A stretch of DNA of 63,627 nucleotides, filler included, from Trichosphaerium sp. ATCC 40318 (GCA_038496445.1; 3 parts of 3 records of this genome joined end to end with filler, not necessarily neighbours in it), one strand, 5' to 3'. Shown: positions 13,001 to 26,397, counted from the first letter of the whole stretch. The notes: generated from the letters alone by a model not told the origin. Numbers and translations are program-made.

Positions 13001-14253
13001 TGAAGAACCAAGAAGCGACAACAATTGCGAAGATATTTGTCAACGAATGGTGTTTCAGATATGGAATACCTAACACGATATTAACCGACCAAGGTAAGAA
13101 TTTAACAGGAGAGATTATGAAGCAAGTGTACGACATATTACACATCAACAAAAAGAGAACGACAGCATACCATGCACAAACGGATGGCCAGACGGAACGA
13201 TTCAACCACACATTAATAGAGATGATACGACACTTTGTAGACGATGATCAAGATGATTGGGACATTTGGATCGAACCATGTTTATTTGCGTATAGAACAG
13301 CGATACACTCAACCACGAAATATGAGCCGTACAGATTACTATTTGGCAGGAAACCAAGAATACCACTAGATGTCATAGCAGGAAACGGTGGATTACTAAA
13401 GAACAAATACAACATGAGCGACTGGGCTGAAACACTAGCACACAGACTGAAATCAGTACATGAGATTGCGAAGAGAAACACGTTAGCAGAGAAAAGGAAA
13501 CAAGCAGAATACTACAACACAGGTAGAAGAACAGTAGAATACAAAGTAGGACAGAAAGTATGGTTATACGTACCACATATTAAAGAAGGGCAAAGAAAGA
13601 AGTTGACACAAAAATGGCAAGGACCGTTCGAAATATTAGAGAAGATCAGCGACATTACTATAAGACTAGACATACCAGAACATAGGAAGTTATCAGAAGT
13701 AGTACACGTAGAGAGACTGAAACCACACATAGATTCATACTTGAGGCCACAAGAAGACATAGAAATAGATACGAGGGATATATACAAGCAACAAAGAGAT
13801 AAATATAAAGAGATAACTGATCCAGGAGAGGATGACGATACCGAATATAAAGAGAATAACGAATTAGAATCAACAAGAGCAGTAGCGAAGAAGATAGAGG
13901 AATCTACAATCAATAGCCCAATGGAAATAGAGGGAACGACAACAAAAAGGAAAGGAATGAGAAGAAGAGGAACAAAGATGACCAGAACGACACATTTAAA
14001 GAAGTTATTAGAATACATATACGGAGTATCAAAGAACCTGTCAAACGATAAACTAGCCAGCATGTTGAAGGAGTTAGTAGGAAAAGGATCGAGATACATA
14101 AGAAGTAGTACCAAGTGCGAGGAGCTAGAAAGCGAGATTAAATATAGCAAAAGAAACGGTAAAGAAGAGCTACGGAAATGGCTAGCGGAATTCATAGCAA
14201 ACTTTGAGAAAACCTTAACGGAAGAATTACTATTAATGATACAAGAATGGTGA
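9998..14253 (+). CDS. pol: Pol of element 1 (protease, RT, RNase H, integrase, C-terminal extension)
   Basis: FDTGAS; YVDD; DASG/TERELL/TDH/DALSR; HHCC (AHDAPFSGH..CPSC); MDIVGP/TDQG/GQTERFN; GPF. The ORF track starts at GTG 9949, in the +1 frame relative to gag. Confidence 0.96.
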
Positions 14254-14292
14254 GAACTGATCGTCATGATGAGGGACCATCATACTTACGTT

Positions 14293-14301
14293 GGAGGGAG
14301 A
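14293..14301 (+). promoter_or_regulatory. Polypurine tract of element 1
   Basis: GGAGGGAGA ends 2 nt before the 3' LTR. Confidence 0.85.
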
Positions 14302-14303
14302 TT

Positions 14304-14397
14304 TGTAAGGACGCTTTATTGTAATTAAGTCAGACCTTTAAGACGTATAATAAAGTTAACCTTTATCCCTATCACTCGGACTACCATACCTCTTACA
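14304..14397 (+). repeat. 3' LTR of element 1 (94 bp)
   Basis: Identical to 8716-8809. Confidence 0.97.
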
Positions 14398-16942
14398 TAT
14401 GGTAGCGAAAGGTGTAAGCTACTCCACAACTGTACGCATTTTTCCGAGCTATTGAAAATTATTTTACGAAATCACGTGATCTTATGTTTTTTTCAATTTC
14501 TTATCAACACTAACAAGTCTTGCAATAGAAAGGTATTCACGAGCTACTAGAGTACCTCACGCAATATCAAAAAGATCTGCATAATCCTAAAGGTGATTGG
14601 GACGTTTGCACACTTGCTGGTACATATCACAGATGATTAAAAGGGCCTCATGCTTGAATAGGAAGTAAGGATGGTATAGGAAAGATATTGAAGATTTTAA
14701 CTGAAACAGGAGACACAATACTATGCTCAGAGGTTCTATACTAGTTAAGTTCTTTTATCACTTGTATTTAAAAGTAGTTACCTAATCAATCAAATAAATA
14801 GTGGAGCAAAGGTTACTCGGGAACAATGTGTTTGGCATGGTATACCAATAGATGAGGATGGTATTAAACCGGATTTGTTAAGGAAGACACTAGATGATTG
14901 GCCTGAAGATAGCAAAAAACCAAAGGTTTACCAGAATACGCTTCGGAGGTTATCTTACTTTCGATTTTAGGTTCTTTATGTAGTACCTACAGGACAAAAT
15001 CCAACAGGAAGTATTTTACCTTACGAAAGACGTAAAGAATTATTGAGTATAGCTTCAGATCATAACCTAATAATAATTGAGGATGACCCATACTGGTTCG
15101 TAGAATTTTCTTAGTTTGTTGGACAAATGAAACAACGTTTTAGGCATGTCTGTCTCGGATGTGAGAAGCCAGTTGAAAGCTTATTATCAATGGATACAGA
15201 AGGAAGAGTGCTAAGACTAGACTCTTTTAGTAAAATCATAGCACCAGGGCTTCGTCTTGGGTGGGTTACAGGGCCAAAGTATTTGGTTGATAAAATAGAA
15301 TTATTGAACCAAGGAGACATTATTCATCCGTCTGGTATGTAGAAATACTTCAAGTTTTAAACATACTTTTATCTGGATTCTGTCCAAGAGCGTAAACTTA
15401 CCAGTAATCACAAACACCTTTTTGTTAAATACGCCATTGGTATTTCACACTCTTGTTCAGAAACTACAATATCGCTCATAGCATTTGTTGACTACAATGA
15501 AATACAGCAATTCCTCATTAATTGTTATTATAAGGTGTCAGTCAAGCGATTGTGCTATCAATACTAAAACATTGGGGAAAGGAAGGCATAGAACAACATT
15601 CAAAAAGTATAAGAACAATATACACTTCAAAGAGGGATGCTTTGATTTCTTCATGTGACAAGCACCTCAAAGGATTAGCAACATGGGTTATTCCTAAAGG
15701 AGGATTTTTCCTATGGCTAAGATTGACTGATGTAGAAGACACTGAGGAGCTTGTACGCAAAGAAGTAGTAGCATCAAAGGTACATGTTCAACATTTAAAA
15801 TCTTCTCATTTCACGCTTACGCATACACTTGCTTTTAGGTATTGCTCAGGTGGGGATCACCTTACACAGCATCGGGGGACAAATCATCGTGTGTTCGGAT
15901 AGCGTATTCTACAGCATCTAAAGAGGTACCAAACAGTTTGTTTTTGTAATTGTATTTTTGGTTGTTTCTTTTTATCACGTGATATAACTATTTAGGATAT
16001 GGAAGAAGCAATAAAAAGACTTGCGACTATTCTTACAAAAAGAAATAATAAGTTGAAGTAAAATGTTTGTGGATATAAAAATATGGTCCAGAGTGTAAAA
16101 CATAATTTCCTGGTATTGTCAGCAGTTTATAATGCTTGAGTGGAAATTGCGTACAGCAGTAATTGGCGTCTTATCGTAATCATCCTGCAAGTGGCCATCA
16201 TTGGCCTAAATAGTACAAAAGTAGAGCCTACAACATGTTGCACAAAACAGTCCTCATTTGAAACTTAGTGTCCGTGGCAGTCAAGTTAATGCCAACAAGT
16301 GACTTTTTACAGAACTTGCAGGTTTTTGTCAGACCTAGACAATCCGACGGGATCTGACAGTTGACAGAACTTACATGTGATTCAGGTGCAGTACAAAAAA
16401 AACAAATCTGTAACAAAGCAAAAAACCGTAACATGATAGCTATTTACTACATTCTGTTTATAGCCATTTTCGGCTGAAGCGTATGATGAGAAGGTAGCGT
16501 TACAAAATGTAATTGCTTCTGTTTTTCTTGCTCAGAATGGTTTCTTCCAAGCAGTACAAACTTACAGTTCGTTTTGAAAGTGTATAGTTAACCAACAAAC
16601 GTGTAACTTCCAAGGAGTGTAGTACTGTTAACGGTACGACTCAACTCGATTTTTTGAGAAAAAACGGTGGGACACAATGTAACAGAGATGTACCTCAATG
16701 TTACGTCGTAAAAGGAGATGAAGACGACTAGCAGCGTGATTAGAGTAAGTCCACAGGATTTTACTGTATTTGACCGGTATAAAAGCGTTACTATCACCAT
16801 AAAGCAACTAGTTCATAGTACGATTACGTACCTTAAGTGACAAATGCCAGTTTCAATGGTACATGGCGGAAACACAAATATGTAGAACTTGTCAAAAAAA
16901 AAGTCAAAAATTCGGCACTAATTATCTTATATTATGCCATAG

Positions 16943-17061
16943 GAACTATTTAGAAGCCCCCCTTTTAGCGAGGGTTAGGGGTGCTGAGCCTAGCGACTGA
17001 GCGCCATAACCCAGTTGTCTCCCTTTGTGGCGAACAGTTCAAAATCACTTTGACATTTTTT
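16943..17061. ncRNA. Candidate small structured ncRNA (unassigned)
   Basis: GC-rich intergenic island with complementary ends (16943-16950/17033-17040), an internal stem (17002-17009/17025-17032) and T-runs downstream on both strands. No family recognised. Confidence 0.25.
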
Positions 17062-17387
17062 CTACTTTTTTTTCGACATTTTAGACACCGTCCATGGAAC
17101 TGACTGGACCTGGACGCTAACGAAAACCCTTTCTTGTTTTTTTAAACTACATTCTGGCTAAACATTTTCTTACACTGACAAGGTGTTGAGCTTTTAGTTT
17201 TCGTCTTACCCTGCAAGTGACTGACCACAGTGGGTCTAAATTGTACAAGAGTAGAGCCACAAACAGTGCAGAAAAACACATCAACTTTTTTTCATTTTTA
17301 CCTTTCGAAACCTCGCCCTTTATCAGTTTCATCTACGTTCACAATAATAAACCAAAATTGGGATAAAGTCATGTATTAGAGTTATTT

Positions 17388-17759
17388 TTAAACACACCGG
17401 TACGTTGTTAATGCATTACAAGAGTGAATGTTACTTCCAGATAATTCTTTGTTACAGCGCAAGTTTCCACCATTGCCATCACTTGGCTTTCTTCTTCTAC
17501 ATCTCTTACACTTACATGTACCACTATCAAGGCTTTTTCCAGCACATTCAGCGCGGTTGTTGTTATAGTTGAATTTATAGTCGGAGTACCATTTGCCGTT
17601 AGCGCCTGGGAGAGGACAGCTTCCCCAGCGCTCAACACAGTATTTGTCTCCGCCCGCAACTTCAAACACACGAGAACCCCAGTCGAAAGCACATGATCCC
17701 CATGAGGAGCTGGCACATGCTGCAATGATTACGAGTAGAGTAGCTAAGTAAAGGTTCAT
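17388..17759 (-). CDS. Small secreted cysteine-rich protein
   Basis: Intronless 123-aa ORF with ATG, hydrophobic signal peptide MNLYLATLLVIIAACA and about 10 Cys in the mature part. Confidence 0.75.
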   Translation of the reverse strand: MNLYLATLLVIIAACASSSWGSCAFDWGSRVFEVAGGDKYCVERWGSCPLPGANGKWYSDYKFNYNNNRAECAGKSLDSGTCKCKRCRRRKPSDGNGGNLRCNKELSGSNIHSCNALTTYRCV

Positions 17760-20155
17760 TCTGTTAGATTTTTACCAGATGGAGACCTGTAGTAAGGTAA
17801 GATACAGCATCACTATATTGTGAGATGTACCGTTAATAAGGTATAAAGCACGTTTGATGAATGTGTTATGGCTAAAAAAAATTGGCTTAAGTGTTGTGAT
17901 ACACTTAACACGGTATATCACGATGTTATAGAGCTGGTAATCAAAGCCGAGGGCGGTCATTTGAAAGAAAAGGAAAATTCACATAACGTTTGTAAACCAG
18001 AGAGTTTTTCCGAAGTTTTCCCGATGACTCGACTGACCCCTTACCAGCAAACACATATTTCATGGAGTTGGTTGCTCGAATATGAAACTAGTGTCCGTCT
18101 CATTCAAGTGTTGTTTATATTTTCTAGCACTTTTAGCAGAGTTCAAATAGATCCATAAAAATGTGAACTATTTGTGTGACTATCCTGTTCATAGCGAGAC
18201 TAACCTGGAACGTACCAGTGATAACAAAATTTTCAATGTCAGTTTCAATAGACCTTGGCAGATGATCGCAGTATTTTACCTACGCACTGTACACGGTGCG
18301 ATCAAACCACAGAAGTGTTCAATGAGCTAAGATCGAATTAAAAAGGTATTGTCCCTGCTGCAAAGCTATCACATTACCGTTAATCACGTATGAATGCCTC
18401 AAACACTGTTTGCTGCATTTTGCTTCAAAAAATCTGCGTACGTTACAGCGCTATGCTAGCGCTTACCCCACGCTAACACCAGCACTCTGGTAGTATCCAA
18501 CCAGCAATACAGGTGTAATAACGTTAAAATCCAAAAACACCGCCAGTGATGCTGTAGGCTTTGTAAACGCTGCCGCGTGTCAAAATATTTTTAATTTTTT
18601 TTGCTGTTTTGTTAATCACGTGGTTCGAAACAGTTGGATTCTCTAGCCAAGCGTGAGGGCAGACCAAGCATCCAATTTCCTACCATCCCTTTTAATCATA
18701 TCTGGGCTCTAGACGCATTGACAGCGCTCTGGCCACGACAGGCAACTTTAATGCTAACGAAAACTGAAATGCATCTCCAAGTGTACACTTGCTCCAGAAA
18801 CCTTTAATACTACTGACATACTAACATCAGTGTCGACAACTTCAATTGCAGTGTGTCATTGATGGTATACTATTGTTAATCTTTGGCCATTGATTAAACA
18901 ATTACTGTGGTGCCAAGCTCTGTCTCTTAACGCAATGTAAAATTATATGCTAAGAGCTAGCACTAGGTTTTATTAATTAGCCAATAAAGACAAACCTGAT
19001 ACTGTACAATGTGGTGTTTATTTGTTACAATCATAGTCGAATTCTACAGACCTTTTTTTTGTCTCGCAATTGATTTATAAGTATGTGAAGCGACCTCAAC
19101 TGATGTCTTACCAATGAACACAATATGTTTTTTCTTTTTCTTCAAAAAGAACCGTTTTAGTTTTCCTTTTTTTGAATCAGCAGATTTTGAAGATTGTCTC
19201 GGCTCACGTGACATCTCACGTGTCACATTGGGTTTAACAACACTTGTAGCATCTATCTCTGTATGTTTTGTTTCTTGTTTGGTTTTTTTAGCTTCGTTTC
19301 GATCACGTGACTTTTTAATTGATTTACTCCTCTTTTTTGGCGGTTTATGATGTTGCTCTATATTTGCTGATGTTGGTAAAGCATATTGATTCAGTAGATC
19401 CAGAAACGATATCAGCAATTGTATCGCATACGTAAAACAGTTTATAAAGAGAGCCATGTCGCTGGTGGGATAGAAACCGAAGAATAATCGGACTGTTACG
19501 TATTTTTAAGTTTTGTGTCTCCTAAATCAACCCAAAATCTCCCTCAACATGCGACGCCTATACATATTATTCTAGCCATAGATCTATACACTGTAATGCT
19601 TGAAGTCAAGCGATAGTACTAAGCCGACTGAAACGCCACGACTCTACAACCACACTCAGAAAACACGTTTAATATCGTCATCAGAATGAGGCTAAATCAT
19701 ACCCGACAGTTCACTAAACCAAAGACAAACTAGCGCGTATTTTAGCTTATCGCGAATGTTGTCTGTATTCAACACCTAGCAGTTAAAACGTGCCCGAGTA
19801 TGCTTTCCAAGGTGTTCCGTGTTTGTCCATAGTGAACCAAAAGTCGCCTATCACCCAAGAACATCCGAATCTTTTTTTTTGCCCAAAACACTCCCAACTT
19901 GTTCACAAGAATTGGTGTCAAATAGATTTGTTTGGCTGGTGCCAATCTGCTTCTTTTAGCTGTTGATCATTGCTTTGCAGTAACACTTGAACCAAGACTG
20001 TTCGCATTCAGAGCATGTTAACAGCAAATACGAAGTACCAACAGTAAAAGTTGGATGTAAAGATACATTCCTCCCTTTCAGCAATAGCAAGCTACTTAAA
20101 TACTTCCTCGTGATATTAGGTTTTATTTATAGTACAACACTAGGGAGGTAAACTC

Positions 20156-21398
20156 TCAAGCAATAAGTTCTCCAATCCACTCACCCTTAGAATAAAGTGC
20201 ACGCTCTGTCTTACCACCACAAATATTCCACCTCTCAAATACGCCATGTTTCTGTCCGTACACATAAGTGCCACGTTCTGACATTTGTGTAGTATCTTTA
20301 TACCAACGTATTCTTATTCCGTTCGTTCTTTGGTGTTAATCTCACGTGACACAATCATTCCTGTATTCTTACTAAACTGTTCTTGTAATCCGTCTAACTT
20401 ACCATCTTTGTACGTTTTCCTAGATATTATTTTTCCAGTTTGCTCGCTAAACACTTCACATAATCCATGAAGATTTCCGTCACAATACTCTGTACTGGAT
20501 ACCAACAAAGCTGTACTATCAATTTGCAAATCTTTGCCGAACTTAGTGTTTCTAGTAAGCCATTAAACTTTCCATCTTTGTATTGTATACAATCGCTTAA
20601 TTTCCATGATCCTTTGTATGATAGTGTCTTTCCGTGAGGAGTTATTTCACGTGTTATAGGAGAGATAATATTCTCAGATATCTCATGTGTATTTAGAACC
20701 TCATTGTTTCTTATAACAAAAACTCTTTTATGTTGCCTAATGCAACATGAAACGCCATTGTTTTGTTGGTAAACACAACCATGCCAAGACTTCGGAATCT
20801 TGGGTAGTGACGTATCAAAAAACTCGTCTTGCGTGCCATGGAACGCTTGGGTATAAGCTAGATAGTCCAAAGATGTTAAAGAACGAACCAATAGTACAAA
20901 TCCATCGTCAGTGTATGTAACTTCCGTTGATTGATTTCTCCAAGTACCAACTTTTTTACCTTTGTTGTAATGGCCCGAAGTGTGTAATAGACCTGTATCT
21001 ATATAGCTTGAAGTGTACAATCCATGTTGCATACCTCCCACAAAGTGGCAAGTATCAACACATAGTTCTTGGTCTTCCTGGCGCCTTGTATTCCATTCAA
21101 AGGTGCCTCGCTTTCGTAAGCCAGTGTCATACCTAGAAGCTACAGCAAACTCATAATTGATAACCGAGAACTGAGTCTTTAAGACTTTGTCTTCCTTAGC
21201 AATATCATATAAGCACCGGAGCACTTCCGGAGGTAGATATTCGACAATGCTTCTGAGGTAGAGGATAAGAATTGGTACATTAAAAAAATGATAACAAGCA
21301 TACTCATCACTTTCTCTGTGTCGCTCAGCAACTTTTTGATTGATCTTGCTTGATACGAATCTATTAATAATATCTTCTGCTGGTTCTTCGGAAGACAT
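20156..21398 (-). pseudogene. F-box-like + MORN-variant repeat protein with two frameshifts
   Basis: YLPPEVLRCLY F-box-like motif and repeats such as GHYNKGKKVGTW, YKDGKLDGLQEQF, GTYVYGQKHGVFERW. The frame changes near 20555 and 20330 without splice signals (decay or assembly error). Confidence 0.7.
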
Positions 21399-23149
21399 GT
21401 TATAGAGTCTCTTAGTTTTTATTCTTCTTTTTTTTCTTTTTTGTTTTCGTTTTTTAGTCGGTTTACATTGTCGGACACGTGTGGAGTTGGATGTAAAGTA
21501 AGGCGATAAAACACTTGACAAAACCCGATATATAATGTAAAAGTATCGTTGTAGTACGTAAATTACGTTGGTAAACATTGCTGAGGTGCGTTGATGGAGT
21601 TTCAATATAAAAAAGGTGCATTCAATGACTTTCATATGAAACAATATTCGCTGAAGTTTACATTGATTTTCTATGCAAGCCATAGCTTAGCACATATAAA
21701 TTGAACAGAGTCGGCCTTTTGCTCTAACGTATTTACATAACTAAATTAGGTACAAGTGAAACGTTAAAGGACACAAAAAAGATGAGAATACGTGTAAGAG
21801 ACGTGGCCTTAGTTGTAGGGTAATAGTGTAATTTATTGTAGTGACATACGTTGTGATCATTCACACTACATTTGTGTATTTCGTCAAAGTTCACAATGAT
21901 TATTTTCGTCGAAATTAGTATGAGAGAAAATAATAAAATAAATGATGTTAAAAAAAAGGTCCAACACGTGGTCGATGTAGGAGGTTGTTTCAAAAAATTT
22001 CAACGGAACACTTACTCTAAGAACATAAGCGTAGACAGAAGAATTAGTCAAAAATGAAAAGTCCCAAATCAGGTAAGCGAAACGAGGCCACTGCGCAAAC
22101 AACGTGTGGAGCGTAACCTTTCGACGTTCAGCCTGATATGTTACGGAACCTAGTTTTAGGTTTGAGAGGTACACGCTTACAACCGTACATGAATTAGCTA
22201 CAAAAGAGCACGTGATAACCAATACAAGCAGAGAATTTGACCATTAACGACACGTTGATTTTGTAAACTCAAATGTAGCGAGTTGTATTGCTTAAAACAT
22301 CATTCAAGTCAACGCATTCTGTCCGTATATACACGTTGGCGTTGTACTAGATCGATAGGGAGTTCAAACAATGTGTTGTCTCTTAAAACTATCAGCTAGT
22401 CGTCTTTGTTACTTGTATACGCGTAAACCATCTATGTTTGGCTAACTGAGGCTTTTGGAGTGCGTATGGCGCACTTAAAGAGGCCAGCGACAAAAATCTA
22501 TCTGCTTTGGGATTTTTTAAAGTCAGCATCCAAAAAGCTTCGGGAATCTTTAGTTAGAAGGGACATGGCATACAATTACACCTACAGAGACATTTTTTAG
22601 CCATGCCAACGTGTTTGTGTAGAAAATAACACAAGAGCACGTGAAACGCCTTTAGAAAACACGATCGACGCGACAGCCACAAGCTTGTTTGATCTTCACT
22701 GGCAGAGTGTATGTATAATCTTTCTTATGTTTGATTAAACAGAGTTAACTGCAGTGCAGTGATTCTCTATTGTCTTATTCTAGCGAACCAACGAGATTGA
22801 GTATTTTTCACTCGTATCAATCTCCGTGTGGACTGGCTATATATCACAAGGCCCCGAATAAGAAAGTTCGTTAAGTTTCTGTTTCAATGATCAATCACTT
22901 ATAAATTAGCTCCGTTAACTTCGTTGCGTTGATAAACACATTGTTCAAGGGCTGTTTAAGGTGATTTTTTACTTCCAAGGTGCCGTGCCCTATCGTGAAC
23001 CCTCTAATAATACAAGTACGTTTGTTTTGAGACTATCAATGATAGGTTAATTAAAAAACAATGCGCAAGAATTCAATGGTGAACTTTTAAATTCACATTA
23101 TTGGGTTTGACTAAAGTGTAGTTTTTTTGATTATTTTTTGTTGTCCCAA

Positions 23150-25666
23150 ATGCTTGCAACAATGGAGATACCTCAAGGAGATAACTTGTTAACCGGAAAG
23201 AATACACTACCACCAGTAGAAGGAGACCCAAGGTACGTCTTAAAACGAATGTGAAAGCATTATTTTCGTAGTGTTTCTTAAAGTACTAATGAACACGTGA
23301 TTTGTAAAACTACGTTGTGGATAAACAACAAAAAAACGGTTTTAGTTCGGTAGTTAATTAAACAACTTTTTTTTGCTACACAGTGCCACATAGCCTTATT
23401 AATTTACAACTACTAGCGCAAAGATATTTGTTGGAGGACTAACTTGGTCTACAACAGCAGGTAAAACAAGTTAATTTAAAGCTGAAAAAAAAAAAAGAGG
23501 AAAACAAAACGCCTTTGTGTCTCGCTTATTTATTTTTGTAACGTTATTTTTATAATACTCACGTGATATATATGATCTAATCACATGTTTAGAGATTTTA
23601 AAAGAGTATTTTGAAAAATATGGTGTCATTCTAGACGCTATTATTATGCGTGATAGAGACTCCGGTCGTAGCCGTGGTTTTGGGTTTGTCACATTTAAAG
23701 ACCTCGGCAGCGCCAATCGAGCTGTGGGAGATGTACATCAGATTTTAGGGTCTCGGGTGCGTCAAAGAGTCTTTTAATTAACTCACCGGTATCGCGTAAA
23801 AAGTTGGAAGTTTCTTTTTTTTTTTTTTGTTTTTGGTTCTTTTATCTTGTTTTTATGCAATTTTGGGTGATCTTGTACCCAAGGCGAGTAAGTTTTCAGC
23901 ACAACGACGTGGTTTCTTTTTAATTGAAAAATATTTTTATAAAGGTTCCTTCCACGTGACCATATTGCATCGCCATCGTTTTGTAAACTAAGTTCTTGGC
24001 TTTATACTAACTTTAAAAAGGTTGAGGCCAAGAGAGCCATACCTAAGGCGAACATGCCTGATAATACTACCAAAATATTCGTAGGGGGTATACCAAACGA
24101 CTGTGATGATGGTACGTCATTTATTTAGTATTGTAGACGAGAAAAAAATAGTTCTTCTACTTGAACAATACAAGTAAAAAAACCCAAACCACTTTTTATC
24201 ACGTTATAACCTGTTTGCCCTATCAATTACCCTTACGTTAAAACACGCTTTTTCTATATAAATTCAAGGCGCTACTAATTTGTTTCATGTGGTGGGCCAC
24301 CTCTTCAGTTTAATAAAAAAGAGGAAGTCCCTCACGTGATTTCAAAGCACAAAACGGGCAAAACTCAAAAAATTATCAAGTTTTTCCCTAAGACGTATTT
24401 TGGGACTTTTTAAGAGCCGCTAGACGGTTGACTTTTGCCTGTGCATTAGCGCTGATAGTCCTAGATCAATTTAGAGAATATTTTAAGCAGTTTGGGGTGT
24501 TAGTTGGGTCGCAACTGATGCGAGACAAACTTACCGGAAGATCTAGAGGTTTCGGTTTTGTAACGTTCAAGGAGGAGGATACAGTCAGCTTAGTACTGAG
24601 CCACCACTCTCATCAAATTAACGGTAAAAGGGTAAGCTAGGAAAATTACTTTACAAAAAACTTACTTGAACCTACATGTTTACTAGCGCCAACAGTGGTC
24701 TTTTGTAAATTTCTGAAAACGCCTTTAACCAAAATGTGGACTTTTTCTTTAATTAACGAACAAAACTTTGTTCTTTAGCGTTTTGTTCGCGTATTATTAC
24801 TAAACATGATGTAGGTTGAAGTAAAGAGAGCAGAACCCCGTAAGTCCTCAAACAATACACCACCTTCTAGCCCTGCACATAACACCGGAAGACCAGAATC
24901 TCCAAACAACCAACCACAGCCATACCAAGTGCCTGCAACGTACTTTTCGCCGTCTTGGGTATGGTCACCTCATTATCCTGTACCTTACGGATACACTAAC
25001 TACGCATGGTACGTTCCAAAGATATTCACACGGTCGCTTTAAAGCGTTTTTGAAAGCACAAAAAAAAAAGTTAATTAGCGTTAATTAACAAACGCATAAA
25101 ATGTGTGAACGGCTCACGGTCATAGTCCGGATCTCCTTGACTACGTCGTTTTTGTGTATCAATAACTATTGGGAGTATAAAACCTACACAACAAAAATGA
25201 ATGAGATTTTTTTTTATTTTTTTTGCGTTTTTTTGCCAAATAATTCACAGCAAAAAAACTCACAATTCAAAACAGAATTCTTCTAATGGCGCGAAACCTT
25301 TTATTTTATAAATCCATGTATACCGATTAACGTTATTATGTTTGAAAAAATATCACGTGATTTTTTGGTTGAAGTTTTACGCTTAGTTTTGAAGTTAACC
25401 AAAATATCAGGACTGCAGCCCCTTATCCGAGCACTTATCCAGCGTACCCTGTACAGGCCGTACAATCTACGAACTTTTATGCTCAAATGTATGGCGAGAA
25501 TTTCACAGACCCTTACAACAACGCCTATGCTCCAAACCTTGACTTTGAAGGAGGTAATACATATGAAGTAATTGGGGCTTATGATAGGGAAGAGTATGAG
25601 CAACAAGTACGAAAGAACGGAGGAGGTGGACATGAATACAAAGATCAAGACCGGAAAGGCGTCTGA
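23150..25666 (+). CDS. hnRNP A1/Musashi-like RNA-binding protein with two RRMs
   Basis: RNP2 KIFVGGL/KIFVGGI, RNP1 RSRGFGFVTF twice, VEAKRAIP/VEVKRAEP, Pro/Tyr-rich tail ending at TGA 25664-25666. Confidence 0.92.
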
Positions 25667-26397
25667 AAAAAAAAAAAAAAAACCAAGTTTGGTCCTTCCT
25701 GGTTTTTTAACGCCCAAGCCACAAGACCTTATACAATTTACTTGTGGCTCTTATTTTTGGTTGGATGATGAATAATCCATTCAAAAATCTTTGATCCTAT
25801 GAAACCTTTTTGTATTCTCTTTTTGGATTTTTTACGGACTTTGTGGGTGTAACTTACTATTGGGGACAAAAAAAAAAAAAAAAAAAAAGGGAATGACGTC
25901 TGTAAAAACAACAAAAAAAGGAGAAACAAAATAAAATCTTGTAATATATTTATAACCTTGTTTGTTTTTCTTTACTTTTTCGAACATAACGCAAGTAAGC
26001 GGAAGATTTTCTTGAACAAATGTCCGTTTTTTAGTCAATAAATATTACGCACGACCCGAAGTGTAATCTTTTCTTATGTATCTGTCAACGAGAATTTCAC
26101 GTGATACTTTGTAAATACTGCAAGCATATCGCCATAAACTTACCAAACAAAGCGCTAGTACAATAACTAGCGAACAGTTGAAAGCAGCGTTTGTGTACTT
26201 TGACTTGTCTACATAATACTGAAGCCATACTGAGCTGTTTATCAATGAACTGTTGCCCGTTTTCCATTTTTGGTTACACCGAGGTGTTTTACAAGCTTCT
26301 GTAATGTATGAGCCCGACAACTATTTTGGGTAGCTATTTATGTCTCGGGTATTTAAGTCACGGTCTGTTGGGCCTTTATCTTAATGGATACTTACAA

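Larger units (their letters stand above)
8716..14397 (+). mobile_element. Full-length Ty3/gypsy LTR retrotransposon (element 1)
   Basis: Two identical 94-bp LTRs, 4-bp TSD TATG (8712-8715 and 14398-14401), PBS, PPT, gag and PR-RT-RH-IN pol in gypsy order. Confidence 0.98.
8410..16061 (+). pseudogene. AADAT: AADAT/ARO8-like PLP-dependent class I/II aminotransferase, disrupted in a coding exon by an LTR retrotransposon (this allele)
   Basis: Exons encode MISLGNGQP, QKDLHNPK, YVVPTGQNPTG, IIEDDPY, DSFSKIIAPGLRLGW (PLP lysine) and PKGGFFLW. Removing 8716-14397 plus one TATG restores GESIDVSSPMVAKGVSY. Confidence 0.85.

Noticed and set aside
10128-14267. Many minus-strand ORFs over element 1 (and plus-strand ORFs over element 2), including the hydrophobic 251-aa 13512-14267
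   Set aside because: Shadow ORFs caused by the A-rich codon bias of pol; no motifs and no env-like features.
16070-16870. Possible spliced minus-strand gene; similar fragments at 19044-19970 and 54450-55100
   Set aside because: Exon-like pieces exist, but I could not build a consistent model or recognise a domain.
16955-17010. Partial resemblance to tRNA-Sec (GGGGTGC, CTAGCGAC) and to the RNase MRP 3' motif (GGGGCT)
   Set aside because: No UCA anticodon arm or T-loop, and no matching GAAAGTCCCC partner.
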